A stretch of 64,000 nt of DNA from Lama guanicoe (GCA_013239625.1 MU054220.1:5096587-5160586), one strand, 5' to 3'; positions 21,421-33,490 are shown, numbered from the stretch's first letter. Made by a program: numbers and translations. Notes: a model not told the origin generated them from the sequence alone.

Positions 21421-24400
21421 ATAGCACTTTTTATATTAACACTCAGCTATGTATTCACACGTGGCCCCCTGCATTTATTTTTAGAACTGATACCATTTTT
21501 CTTTATTCTCTCCCTTGTCTCTGTCAGTGCTTGTTAGTCATCTTCAGAATAATGCCTCCCATCAGATTTCCATGTTTGCCTCCTGCTTTTTCATCCCTTT
21601 ATTTTTCATGTTGACATCAATTTGAATTACCCTCTAGGAAAACAAGGAAGGCAATCTACAAATTTCCCTTCTATATAATTTCCCTCTGGGAGTGTTCTCA
21701 TTGTTAGGTGAAGAAGTTCTTCTGTACATTTGCACAGAACATTTCAAGAATCTTAAGTGACTCAAGTTAGTGAGAAAACAAGGAAGAGGTTTGATGGGGT
21801 TAAAGCTCTGACTAAGGCATCAGAAGCCACCCCTGGGTGAGCAGAACCACGTCCTGAGCTGCATTGCCCAGAGACTCCTCCAGCTGCTCTCTCAAGGATG
21901 ACATTATCAGTAATATCAGGAAATGATTTTCCTGCATAATTGCTCCTCCCATTCAATTTTAGATGTAAAACATCTAATAAAGTGTGTGAAGTGTGTGTAT
22001 GTGAGTGTGTGTGTGTGGGGGGGTAGTGTGTAAGGAGGGAAATAGGTTTGCATGCACAAGTAATAGACAGTATGAGTCAAAAGAGACTTGTGTTCCCTTT
22101 TGAAGATTGTAAACACTTTCAGGGAAAGGACTACCCTTTTCCATTTTTAATTGCCAGCAACATAGTGTCTTTCACATAGTAAGACCTCAATAAATACTTT
22201 TCTGTTTGATGTATTATTGATTCATGAAAATGTGAATTAAAATGATCCAACTTTTTGAGTGTGGCTATTTCTACAGCTTTGAGAACGCATTTTTCATATT
22301 TGCTTCTTTTTATTTTCTTTTCTCTCTGACATTTTGCCAAAGAGCTGAGTTTGCCTGATTCTTTCCATTCCTATAAATGAGTGGACTGGGAGTCAGAAAG
22401 CCTATTTAGAGTGTTGGATCCATCATTTACTAAGGGCAAGATTTTAGGCAAGTCAACTCATCTGTGTAAAATGGCACTAGTAATGAATACCCAGGTCTGC
22501 TAGGGCTACCTAGAGATCATTCTGCCGAGAACTTTTCTGATACAGTGTAAAATATTGTTATTGCCTATTTTGAGGGAGCAAAGAGAGTAAAAGAGAGAGA
22601 ATTCTTTCTACCTATATATAGAGAGATAGATATTCCAAAAATGTGGACACTGACATTATTCTTCATTGCATGGCTTGTTGGGCCCTTATTAACAAGTATT
22701 TTATATCTTTCACTTTAATTATCCCAAAAAGGTTTGCCATAGATTTTCCCCTTTCATAAAGCAAAGTCTCTTCATCTAATTTGTTGCAATTAAAAATTCT
22801 TTTGGCTTTCCTGCAGAGCTCTGGGGATATTGCTTTTTCTTGGAGATCTCAATGGAGTGAATTAATTTACATTCAAGCAAAATTAGAGATTCAATTACAT
22901 GATAACCTTTAAAAGGATAATTATGTTCTTAATACCTTCATCTTTTGTTATCAGAGCTGATTTTTAAACATTCCTGTCCAGTTTGGCCTCTAACTGTATG
23001 CCTGAGGTCGGTGGTGATTCCCCTTTTGTGATATGTGGTTTTCATAATTTGTAAGGCATAGTTGCTAAACCCAGGATACCAAGATGCCTGGAACATTGAC
23101 CATTAACCTAGATACTTCAAGATGATGGATTGAGTAAGAACAAATATAAGAAATAGCAACTGAGAAAAACAGTTGTTGCTGAAATGTCAAACCAAGAGGG
23201 AGGCCAACTTGTCAACCACCACTTCTTGAAAATAGAATTATAAGGGAAAGGGACTAACATTTCTGCCAAACCTATTGTGTACTGTGCCCTGGGCAAAATG
23301 TTTTAAATATATCATTTTACTTATTCTTCACAACTATTACCACTTTATAAATAAGGAATTAAAACTCAGAAATACTGATTCTATAGTGGGTACAAGACTG
23401 CACTTACAAGTGGGAGATTTAAATACAAATCCTTGACTCCAAAGCTGATCATCTTTCAGTAGGACTTGATGCTTTGTGGTGGAAGAAACAGATTCACTGG
23501 GATGTGGGGTTGGGTGAAGATACTGATTCTGGAGGGGCTTCCAGAAAGAGAGAACATGAATATAACTCTCTTTTCCATTCAATATCAATCAACTCCAATG
23601 TATCTTCCTCTTTTGAATCAACTAGTTGGAGCCTGCAGGTTGCTAAGTGGAAATGAGGCCATGGGCTCTGTAGCATTCCCAACAAGGAGCGCTGGTATGG
23701 GGTTATCTCTTCTGTGGGCTGGGCAAATGTCTGGCTACTGGTGACAGAGAACCCTGAGGCAGGGATTATAAAATGAGGACACTAAGAAGAGTCTGGCCCA
23801 AAGACATCTGTGAATTTTGAGGAGAAGTTTGGTGGCCCTCCATGTGTGGGTATGCCAGGTCTCCATGACACCTGAAATGCCACACAGTAGCCCATAGTAT
23901 GGGCTTAGTCAGCCCTGCCTTTGAGGAACAGGAAGTCTCCTGCAGAGGACCACTTTGCCTTCCTCTACTTGTGGACTGCTACCTGGTAGGATATTCCAAC
24001 AACACCACCTGAGTCTCTATTATCAAGAAAAATTACAGACTATCCAAATCAGAGATAGTCAGGTCCAGCAGAACACACAGAATTCAGCCACAAATAGAGC
24101 TGCTGAAGGAGACATGACTATATGGACAGAAAAGTAAGTGCATTTAAAAAGATTCAAGTACAGTTTGAAAAGATTTCAGAGCTTAAAAATACCCGAAATA
24201 CTTCCTACAGCCATAGATGAGTTAAGGCAAAATGACCACTTTTAAGATGAAAATAGCTGGCTTGGAAGAACAAGAGGAAGAAATTTCTCTCCAAGTGCTG
24301 GACAAAAATGTAAAGAAATGGAAAAATAGGAAAGAAATACAAAAAGTGTAGAGATTAGAGCCATGAAATGTAACATAAGAATAACAGACGCTCTAGATTA

Positions 24401-24530
24401 GTAGAAAAAGGGAAGTCAGGAAGCAAACAAATGATAAAATAAATATTTCCTTGTGATCAAGAAGGACTGAGTCTACAGACTGAAAGGACTTACAGAGTTG
24501 CAGAAGCATTGATCAGAAAATAATTTAGAA

Positions 24531-24572
24531 GTGTGCATGTGTGTGTGCGTGTGTGCGTGTGTGTGTGTGTGT
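24531..24572. repeat. (TG)n/(CG) alternating microsatellite
   Basis: GTGTGCATGTGTGTGTGCGTGTGTGCGTGTGTGTGTGTGTGT. Confidence 0.95.
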
Positions 24573-24890
24573 CTTTGTTTGTCTGGGCTGCTATAATACA
24601 GCATCATAGACTGGGAAGCGGAGAAAAACAGACATTTATTTGTTTACTCATAACTTTACAACAGTTCTGGAGGCTGAGATGTCTAAGATCTAGGTGCCAG
24701 CATATTCGGTGCCTGCTGAGAGCCTGCTTCTTGGTTCATGGACGGCTGCCTTCTTGCTGTGTTCTCATATGGTAGAAGGAAGAATTCTGGTCTCTTTAGC
24801 CCATTATAAAGGCATTAATCCCATTCATGAGGTCTCCATCCTCATGACCTAATCACCTCACAAAGACCCCTACCTGCTAACACCATCACA
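24570..24890 (-). mobile_element. MLT1A-type MaLR LTR (truncated)
   Basis: GGGCTGCTATAATAC...CAGTTCTGGAGGCTG...TAATCCCATTCATGAGG...CCTCATGACCTAATCACCTC. Confidence 0.85.
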
Positions 24891-25669
24891 TATATATCAC
24901 ACACACACAGATACAGACACTGATATAGATATTTATATGTATACCTATATCTATTTGTGTATGTTACAATACTATATTTAGAAAATCAAGGGACAATAAG
25001 GATTAATAGAACAAGGATTATAATTCATCCAATTATATATGCACCTGATGTTAAGAAAGCAAGCAAACAAGTAAAAAAGAAAGAAAAGAAAGGGGTGGGC
25101 AAAGGGAACCAGGAAAATAAAATCAGTACTAGGGGATATTAATATCACACATGATGAAATAGCAGATTAAAAATAATAAACAGAATGAAGGTGGAGTTAC
25201 TTAATAAAAAATCTATGATTTATTAAAAATGTCAAAGTTATATATTTTTGTATGACCCTAAACAGAGGCACTAAATATATAAAGAAAAATGCTAAGAAAT
25301 GTCAGGAAATTTTGCTGAACATTCAATGAGAGTGGGAGACTTTAGGACTTCTCTTTCAGAATTATTTAGGTATGTTAGATAAAAACTACTTCAGAGCATA
25401 AAAATTTATTAACACAGTTACACATGTACATAATTATATGTATATATTCACACACACATATATATACATACATATTTACAAAAATCAACCATAAATTTGA
25501 ACACAAAAGAAGCATTTACAAATAAAAAATATAAAGATTTTATAGGCTGTCTGCTTTAATAATGATGCAACATATTGTAAAAAAAAAAAGACCAAAAATG
25601 TCTTGATTACTTAGACTATTAAGAAACATAATCTTAGACAACCATTAAGTCAAAAAAAAATCAAAAGCT

Positions 25670-25880
25670 ATACAATATTACATATAAAATAGATAAACAA
25701 CAAGGACCTACTGTAGAGCACAGTATATTTAATTTCTTGTAATAATACATAATGGAAAAGAATCTGAAAAAAAAATGTATATGTATAACTGAATCACTTT
25801 GCTGTATACCTGAAACTAACATTGTAAATCAACTACACTTCCATAAAAAATAAAATCTAAAAAATTAAAAAATAAATAAA
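25670..25880 (+). mobile_element. Cetartiodactyl L1 3' end
   Basis: ATAAAATAGATAAACAACAAGGACCTACTGTAGAGCACAG...ACTGAATCACTTTGCTGTATACCTGAAACTAAC followed by an A-rich tail. Confidence 0.9.
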
Positions 25881-25979
25881 ATTAGTGCTCTTAAAAAATG
25901 AATCAAAAAAGAAATTGCAGCCCACATAGGAGGCAATATAAAAGAGATAGATCACTTAATATCTATTATAAGGGGACAC

Positions 25980-26428
25980 TGTTATTAGTTTGCTAGGGCT
26001 ACCATAATAACTACCACAAATAGAGTGGCTTAAAACAGGAGAGATTTGTTTTCTCACAGTTCTGGAGGCTAGAAATCCAATATTACAGTGTTGGAAGGGC
26101 CAAGGTCCCTCCTCAGTCTCTAGACAAGTTTCCTTCTGGCCTTTTCCAGCTACTGGTAGCCTCTAGCTTTCCTCTGCTTGCGGCAGCCTAACTTCAATTG
26201 CAGCCTCCATCTTCACATGGTTGCCTTCTCTCTAAATTCATGCCTGAGTCTCTTCACTTCTTATAAGGATAGTAGTCATATTGCTTTAAGGCCCACTCTA
26301 ATTCAGAATGACTGCATTTTAACTTGGTTACATTTGCAAAGACCCCATTTCCAAATAAAGTTGCCTTCACAAGTACCAGAGGTTAGACCTGAAACATATT
26401 GTTGGGGGACACAATTCAGCCCATAGCA
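25980..26428 (-). mobile_element. MLT1B/C-type MaLR LTR
   Basis: TG...CA ends; TTAGTTTGCTAGGGCTACCATAA...CACAGTTCTGGAGGCTAGAAATCC...GGGGGACACAATTCAGCCCATAGCA. Confidence 0.9.
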
Positions 26429-26842
26429 CAAAGCAGGGGAAAAATATTTAGCAAAGAAAATTTTAGTAAAGAAAAAACATGATTACTCATCTTTACCCTG
26501 AGAAAGAGGTCAATGAAATGAACCAAAGGACTTGGGAAAAGGGAGTAATTAAAGATAAAAGGTGAGAATAATCAAACATAAAACAAAAAAAAAGATGATG
26601 AAGGATAAATTAAAGAACTGGTTCTTTGTAAAGAACCGGATATATTCCTAGTAAGTCCTGATTAAGTAAAATAGAGCAAGAAACCACCCCCCACTGCACA
26701 CACACAAAATTAGAAATTAGTAAAGTAAAACAGTCACAGATATTGAAGGGATTTAAATGACAGTATTACATCTTAAATTATAAGATTAAGAATTATGAGC
26801 ATATACTACATATCTATTTGGGAATATTTTGAAAATCTAGAG

Positions 26843-27155
26843 CAAGAGCTGGCAAACCAAGGCTCATGGGTGAAATCTGACCCACTGCATGTTTTTGTTT
26901 GACTCACAGCTGAGAATGGCTTTCAGATTTTTAAAAAGTCGAAAAATATATAAAGAATAAAATTCTGTGATATGTGAGAATAACATACAATTAAACAATA
27001 TGTCCATAAATAAAATTTTATTGAAACACAGTCTTTCGTTTGCACATTGTCTGTGGCTGCTTGTGTAATATGGTGGTAGAGCTAAAGAGCAGTAGATCGT
27101 ATGGCCCACAAGACTAAATTATCTGTCCCTTTGTAGAAAACATGTGACAACCTGG
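26843..27155. mobile_element. MER58-type hAT-Charlie MITE
   Basis: GGCAAACC...TGTCCATAAATAAAATTTTATTGAAACACAG...; 8-bp TSD ATCTAGAG (26835-26842) and ACCTAGAG (27156-27163). Confidence 0.85.
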
Positions 27156-28307
27156 ACCTAGAGGGAGCAGAACTTTTTTTTAGCAAACTATAACTTATTC
27201 TACAAGTAGAGAGCTTGAATAGACCAATTACCTTAGACAAAAATGGAAAGGTGATTTTAAAAACATACTTTTGAGAAAGCTACCAGAATGGTGGATTCCA
27301 TTGATGAGTTTTATTTGTATTTTTAAAGAACAAGTATGTTTTATGTTATCTAAACTATTCCAGGCCATTGGAGAAAAAAAAATCCACAAATTTCTTCAAT
27401 TCATTTTACTGCTGTAGTAGAACTTTGAGTGTCTCATGGTCTACTGGCTGAGCTAGTCGGGCATGCAGCAGCAGAACTTTAATACTTTAATAACAAAACC
27501 TAATATAAATAGTATGAAAAAGAAAATGGGACGCCAATCTTATTTACAAATATAAATGCAGAAATTCTAAATGAAATTGTAGTGACATGTCTACAAAAAT
27601 GCATCCTATTATCAAGGACAGTTTTCTTCCAGGAATGCAAAGGTGAATTGAAAGAAAAAATTTACTAACAAATTATAGGAGAAAATTTATATCTTTTCGT
27701 CAATATGTTTAAAAAGAATTTTGTAAGCAACTGTTAAAATTTTTCCATTAAAATCAAGAATAGATGTTGCTGTCCATCTTTGTTATTGTTCAACGTTGTT
27801 TTAGAATGTTGAATAATTTCAATGCAGTTAGTGAATGCAGTAGGAAAAATATTAAACAACTTATAAAATAAAGAGATAATATCTTGGTTTCTGACTATAT
27901 GATTGTGTACCTACATAATCTAAGAGACTGTGCTATGAAACTATTAGAATTAAATAAAAACTACTCGACTTGGCAAGGGAATTTGTAAATAGTTTGATGA
28001 ATGTACAAATTTCAGTAACTATTCTCTATTTTATCAATAACCCACAAAGAAAAAAAAAACATTCACAATAGTGGAAAAACTGTGAAACTCTTATAAAAAT
28101 AATAAATAAAATAAAACTTTATAAGAAATTTAAGTAGTTATATGTCTACTCTAGAGGCAGTGAGATCCTCTTAAAGTTTATACACATAAGTATAATAAAT
28201 GGTATAAGCAAAATTAATAGAGAAATGAAAGCTTTCAAAAATAATCATAATGCTGATGAAAGACAGAGGATTAATATTCTAATATATTTAAAATTCTTAA
28301 AAATTGA

Positions 28308-28385
28308 GGGATGGGTATAGCTTAAGTGATAGAGCATATGCTTAGCATGTACTAGGTCCTGGGTTCAAGTCCCAGTACCTCCATT
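28308..28385 (+). mobile_element. Vic-1-type tRNA-Ala SINE, 3'-truncated (tailless)
   Basis: GGGATGGGTATAGCTTAAGTGATAGAGCATATGCTTAGCATGTACTAGGTCCTGGGTTCAAGTCCCAGTACCTCCATT; 17-bp TSD AAATTCTTAAAA[A/T]TTGA at 28291-28307 and 28386-28402. Confidence 0.9.
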
Positions 28386-29649
28386 AAATTCTTAAAATTT
28401 GACAAGAATGGGACAAAAGACTCAAAAGGAAAAAAGGGAGAAAGAGTATGAATACACGCATGGACACATAATACAAGTCCAAATACTCAACAAACACATG
28501 AAAAGGTCAAATTCAAATGTAAATTAGAAAAATGCAAATTAAAATAGCAATGAAGTATCACTTTCTAACGTTTACACAAAAAAGAAATGAAAAGGACAGA
28601 TAATATTTATCGCTGGTTGGGATGCAGAAATGGGCACGCTCATACACTGTGCTGGAAAGGTAAATTGTTATGGCCTTTTTGAAGAGCCATGTAACAACAT
28701 CTATTAAATTAAAAGTACATAAAACCTTTGAGCCCAGTCTTTTATACTTGGAAATCTATCCTACAGAAATAAAATCACCATTACACAAGCACGTAGGTAT
28801 AAAATTACTTACTGCAACATAACTGGAGGTGGTGAAAAATTGGAAACCTAGTGAATTCCCATTAGTCAGGGACTGCCAACCTAAATTATTGTAGGTTTGC
28901 ATTATGGGGCTATTACACAGCTTTTGAGAAGCATAAATGAGAGCTGTACTATATCTCTCATTGTGGAAGAACTTACATGAAGTATGAAAAAACAAGATAT
29001 ATGTGTGAAAGTATGTGTGTTTGGTTATCCCACCATGGAGAAAAATATACTAGGTTATTAACATGCATTATCTGAGTGGGTATAGGGAAGAAGAGGGAAA
29101 TAGGAATCAAGAAACTAAAAAAAGAAAGGGGAGGTAAAACATGGAACTAAAAAATACCTAGTGCATATATGAATTCATCTTGTTTATGCATTTTTGAATA
29201 CATAAGTGTATGTTAAAAGAAATAACAGAAATGAAAAAAGCAGCTGCTGAATTTGAACAGTTAATGTCATCCCTTTTCTCTGCCACTATGCCTGTCTACT
29301 AGCTGCAGACTCCTTGGTTGTCATCTGACAGGTGTTCCAGCTCAGTGGAAGCATCCAGTGAAAAGTTCCGAATTTGTGCTGCCAGAGACAGCACAAAGGT
29401 CAACTTCAGTCCAGTCTAGGGACAGAGATCAAAGATTCTCAATGTTAGACCCCTGAGATTTCTTAGAATATCACTCAGAATTTAGTTCTGCTCTTTTGCT
29501 TCTGTTTTTGGACTTGCCTTGTCTTCAGATGATTTTGTTCTTATCAGGTCCTTTTCTCCAGATCCACAGAACAACTAGAAAGGAGTCACAGACCTGGCTT
29601 TAAGTCCTGGCTAAGTCACTGACTTTTTGCTGTGAGACATTGATGAAGC

Positions 29650-29871
29650 CAGTGGCTCACAGACGTGAACATGCATTGGAATCACTTGGAGGTCTTGTTA
29701 AAACACAGATTTCTGGGTCATACTTGGAGGTCTTGTTAAAACACAGATTTCTGGGTCTTACCCCTAGAGTTTCTGATTCTGTGGGCCTGGAGTGAGGTGT
29801 GATTATTTACATTCCTAATAATTTTGGGATGATGCTTCTCCTGCTTCTGGTCCATACTTTGGAAACCACTG
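29650..29871. mobile_element. MER5A MITE inserted in a MIR, with an internal 38-bp duplication
   Basis: TIRs CAGTGG...AACCACTG; GAATCACTTGGAGGTCTTGTTAAAACACAGATT core; MIR halves at ~29575-29649 and ~29872-29940. Confidence 0.85.
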
Positions 29872-30686
29872 AATTAAGCTATTTAATTTCTTGCAACTTC
29901 TATTTATTCCCTCTACGGGTAAAATGAAAATAATAATAGACTTAGAGTCTGCTGGAATTTGAAGGACCTTATGAATGCAATCCTCTCCCTTTGTAGATGA
30001 AACTGAGGCTCAGATAAATGAAGAGACCAGTGCTTGTTGGCAGAGCAAGGGTGAAAACCCAGGTCCTTTGAGTTCTGGGCAGTGTCTGTAGCATCTAGCT
30101 ATTTGATGCTGTCTGTGTCAGAGCCTTACTGGGGGGAGAACACGAGATCATGCTGATGAAAGGACCCTATTGAACCCGTTACAAAAGCAAAGGGTTATTA
30201 TCATTTATCGAGTTTTAACAGTTGAGCAGCAATGGGGGCAGAGGAATGCCTTTAAAGAGGTCTAACAAGCAGCATCCTTTTTTCGTGGCCAAGTTCTAAA
30301 CTAGTTGATAAATAACATAAAACAAATGGAGGATGAAAATATCATTTCATTATTGACAAAGATCCTTTGAAGGATGAAGCTTGTATTTATTGGTGAGGGA
30401 TTTCCAAATGCTAAACCCATGAATTAGAAAGGGAAATAAAGGTTTTCTCCCTAATACCTTTAATGTCAGACATTGTGCTTACATGCTGAATCTAATTTAA
30501 CCATTTCCATAGGCCAATGAAATAGATCATATTATTATCACCACTTTACAGCTGAGGGAACTGAGTCTCAGAAGGACTAAGTGATTTGTCCAAGGTGGAG
30601 TTTGGATCAGAATCAAAAGGCAATACTGTCAAAGGCTGTCTACACTTAAATTATGCCAATGTTTACTTGGGAAATGGAACCTCTAT

Positions 30687-31191
30687 GACTCACAGGCAGT
30701 CAAAGGTTTATTACTAGGATTAGGCTTTGCATGCTTGAGGAGCTGGTGAAAGGCATAGGATGCTGTTGTCACCACCACTGGTGGTGAGCCTGAAGCTACT
30801 GTGAATTGGGAGAGTGGGCAGAGAAGAACCAGCCGTAAAGTAGGGGAGAGGGAGGACAAACTGGACTGTGTCTCTTTCACCTCCACCCCCATTGGTGACT
30901 TAGGTGCCCAGAAGTGGCTGGCATGCGTTCTACCTGGGACTCAAAGAAGCTGAAGAGCAAGCCCAAACTGCAACACCCAACAAGGATGCCAACAGATCAG
31001 CGACCACGTGGGTGGGCTGCAGTGGTGCCTGGCGCCCATCTGCTTCAGAGCCAATTGCTGCTGCTTCGCTTGTGCTTTCCAAATCTCACACACCTTTCTT
31101 TGTGACCCACCCTAACCCAGGGCTAGGCAGGGAAGGGGATTCTGAGAAAAGTAGTTCCAGTTTGGCTCAGTTGACTGTACAAAACCATTAC
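30687..31191 (-). mobile_element. ERVL LTR (LTR41-like)
   Basis: Ends GGGAAGGGGATTCTGAGAAAAGTAGTTCCAGTTTGGCTCAGTTGACTGTACAAAACCATTACA; antisense AATAAA near 30707. Confidence 0.65.
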
Positions 31192-32282
31192 ATACTGTGA
31201 AAATTGTTTTGCATATGTTTTCCATTTATCTTCAAAACAACTTTCTAAGGCAAGATTTCTAGTTTACAGATGGGGAAACCAAGTTTTAAGAATTTGCGTA
31301 ATTCATTTAAGGTATAAACCTCTTTAAGGTACAACCCCAGTAAGGTGTTTTGAACTCAGATATGTGTGACCTGAAGCCTATGCATGACACTAGACACAGA
31401 TTTTCCGCCAAGCATTCCTCTGTGCTATCTAAGGAGACTGATGTCACTGACATAAAGGAAGAGACTTCATACAGGACTTCTGTATGCATACTTGGACCCT
31501 AAATACTTTTTTCATCTTTCCTCATTCCCTAGACCAGGGTTTTCTGCCAGAGAGATGCTGTTAGAGTACAGGCCTGCTTAGGATGGGCCCAAGGCAGCAG
31601 GAGGCCCTGGGAAGGTCATCTCCAGCTCTTGCCAACCTTGTCCATTTACCCTAACTGTGCCATAACGTTATTACTTGAATGGTCTCCTGAGACAGGACAC
31701 ACTTCACAGGGGAGGAATTTGTTGGTCTTGGTGAAATAAACCTAAGAGAAGGATGAGGAGAACTTACGTACTGAGAGACGCAGTCTGGAGTCTGGAGGAG
31801 AAAGCCTTCATGTGACACTAGCAGGCTCCCCGGTGGCAGCCAGGTGTCTTGGTTTTGATTTTTGTTTTATAAACATTTTTCCTGCCTGTCAGTTCTCCAA
31901 ATAGAGCCAGACTCATCTCCGTGGCAGCTGAGGCGTAAAGAACCAGTGAATATGTCAGAGTTGAGGAGAAAGTTTCACTCGAAAACAGGCATAAAAGGAA
32001 GAAAAGGAAGAAAGAGATTTGCTCTTATCACAGAGTCTGGACAATACTGCAGGGGGAAAAAATCACATAACAGGGTGTTAAATGGAAAATGTCCTGCTCT
32101 TTCTGAAGCTTCAGCTGAGCCCCTGAAGCTGAGGACACTGGTGGACAAAATGCTCACACCCTTTACTAAGAAAATTGTCAATCACATCTATGCAAGACTT
32201 GCTAAGAGATGCCCCAAACTTCTGTCATTCTTAGCAAGTGCATGAAGAAGAGCCTAGAAATTCATTAAGACAAAAAAAAATT

Positions 32283-32689
32283 CTCTCTTAGGTTGGGTTT
32301 TTTCAGAAGCAGTCTCTGAGCCAAAGAGTTAGGTACAAGTAATTTGTTAAGAAAATTCTCCCTGGAGAAACCAGCAAGGGAGAGGGAGGATGGACAGGGA
32401 GGAGGAAGACCCAGGGAGGATGCCATTTTGGCTGAGGTCCCTGGGTCAGGCTGATCCCTGAGGAATCTGGAATGTAAATTGCACCTCAGTGTTTGTTCTG
32501 TCTGGAGGCAAAGGAGCTGGGTTTCTGTACTTCCTCATAAGCCCTGTTCTTAATTCTCTGTGCGCAAGGGTGATCCTCGGAAGGTCACAGGTGCCCTATT
32601 AGCAGCAAAGCATTGCAGAAGTTGGGAGACAAGCTGATGAGAGAGATCCCAAGGGATTTAGTGTGGCAGTGGCAGCAGTGTCTTCTACA
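32283..32689 (-). mobile_element. ERVL LTR (LTR16-like)
   Basis: TCTTAGGTTGGGTTTTTTCAGAAGCAGTCTCTGAG...GAGGCAAAGGAGCTGGG...GCAGTGTCTTCTACA. Confidence 0.7.
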
Positions 32690-33024
32690 GAAGGGAAATT
32701 CCTCCTTCCATCACAGACCTTTAAGCCAAGGGAGGGGGCCCTAAGAGAACCACTCATGGAGATCGGGGCTGTCTGCACGTGGAGAGCCTGGCTTCTCTCA
32801 AATCTCTGCTCTCAAGTATCTGGTGGGGATGCTTGCTGAGCTGAAAGAGCTCCCAGTCTCACCTGATGCTGCCACTGAGCCAGAGCGGAGTGTGGTGAAA
32901 GTTCTGGGGCCAACTTGATTTGTGCCTCCTAGACTTTGGGGGGCACCAAGTCTGGAGAAGCCAGACTGCAGCAGCAGCTCCCAAGGGCATGGTGAGGAGC
33001 CAGGTAAGTATAGTGGAAGCTGAA

Positions 33025-33200
33025 TGGCATGGTGGTCAATGGTAAGGACTTTGGGACTAAACTGCCCAAGTTTGAATCTTGTCTCTGCTGTGTATTATTA
33101 GGCAAGTTTCCTGGCCTTTTGTGTGTCACTTTCCCCATAAGTAAAGTGGAGATAATACTATTATCTTCCTCAAGGGGTTGTTGTGATTATTAAGAACAGA
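33025..33200 (+). mobile_element. MIR SINE
   Basis: CTGCCCAAGTTTGAATCTTG...GGCAAGTT...GTAAAGTGGAGATAATA...GGGTTGTTGTGATTATTAA. Confidence 0.75.
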
Positions 33201-33205
33201 TCTGG

Positions 33206-33490
33206 CATATGTGTGTATATATGTGTGTGTGTGTATGCACACACACACACACACACAGACATACACAAACATATATCTACCTATTGCGTATATAATATCT
33301 ACTATATATGTCTACTAAATATTATACACTATGCATATAATAATATATGTGTATATTATTAATATACTGATATATTATTAATATGTATATTATATATAAT
33401 TTATCACACATTATACTACCTATAATATGTTACTTATAATTCATATTATATACAGATAATATAATCTATATTTATCATATATCTTAGATA
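33206..33490. repeat. Compound (TG)n/(CA)n microsatellite followed by an AT-rich low-complexity tract
   Basis: Read directly from the sequence. Confidence 0.95.

Larger units (their letters stand above)
24100..29230 (+). mobile_element. Ancient, highly decayed L1 (L1M-type) host carrying several nested insertions
   Basis: Strong A skew on +; L1-like relics in colinear order (GTGGGAGACTTTA ~25332; CCAGGAATGCAAAGG ~27629; AAATGCAAATTAAAATAGCAATGAAGTATCAC ~28530). Confidence 0.7.

Noticed and set aside
28308..28385. Functional tRNA-Ala(AGC) gene
   Set aside because: It has extra 5' bases typical of the SINE, stem-disrupting substitutions and a flanking TSD. The same applies to 7686-7808, which also has a SINE tail.
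31862..32245. 127-aa basic ORF (RKGRKR...)
   Set aside because: It starts at TTG, I recognise no homology, and it has no clear splice boundaries. The basic residues come from an A/G-rich patch. tBLASTn or PhyloCSF would be needed to revive it.
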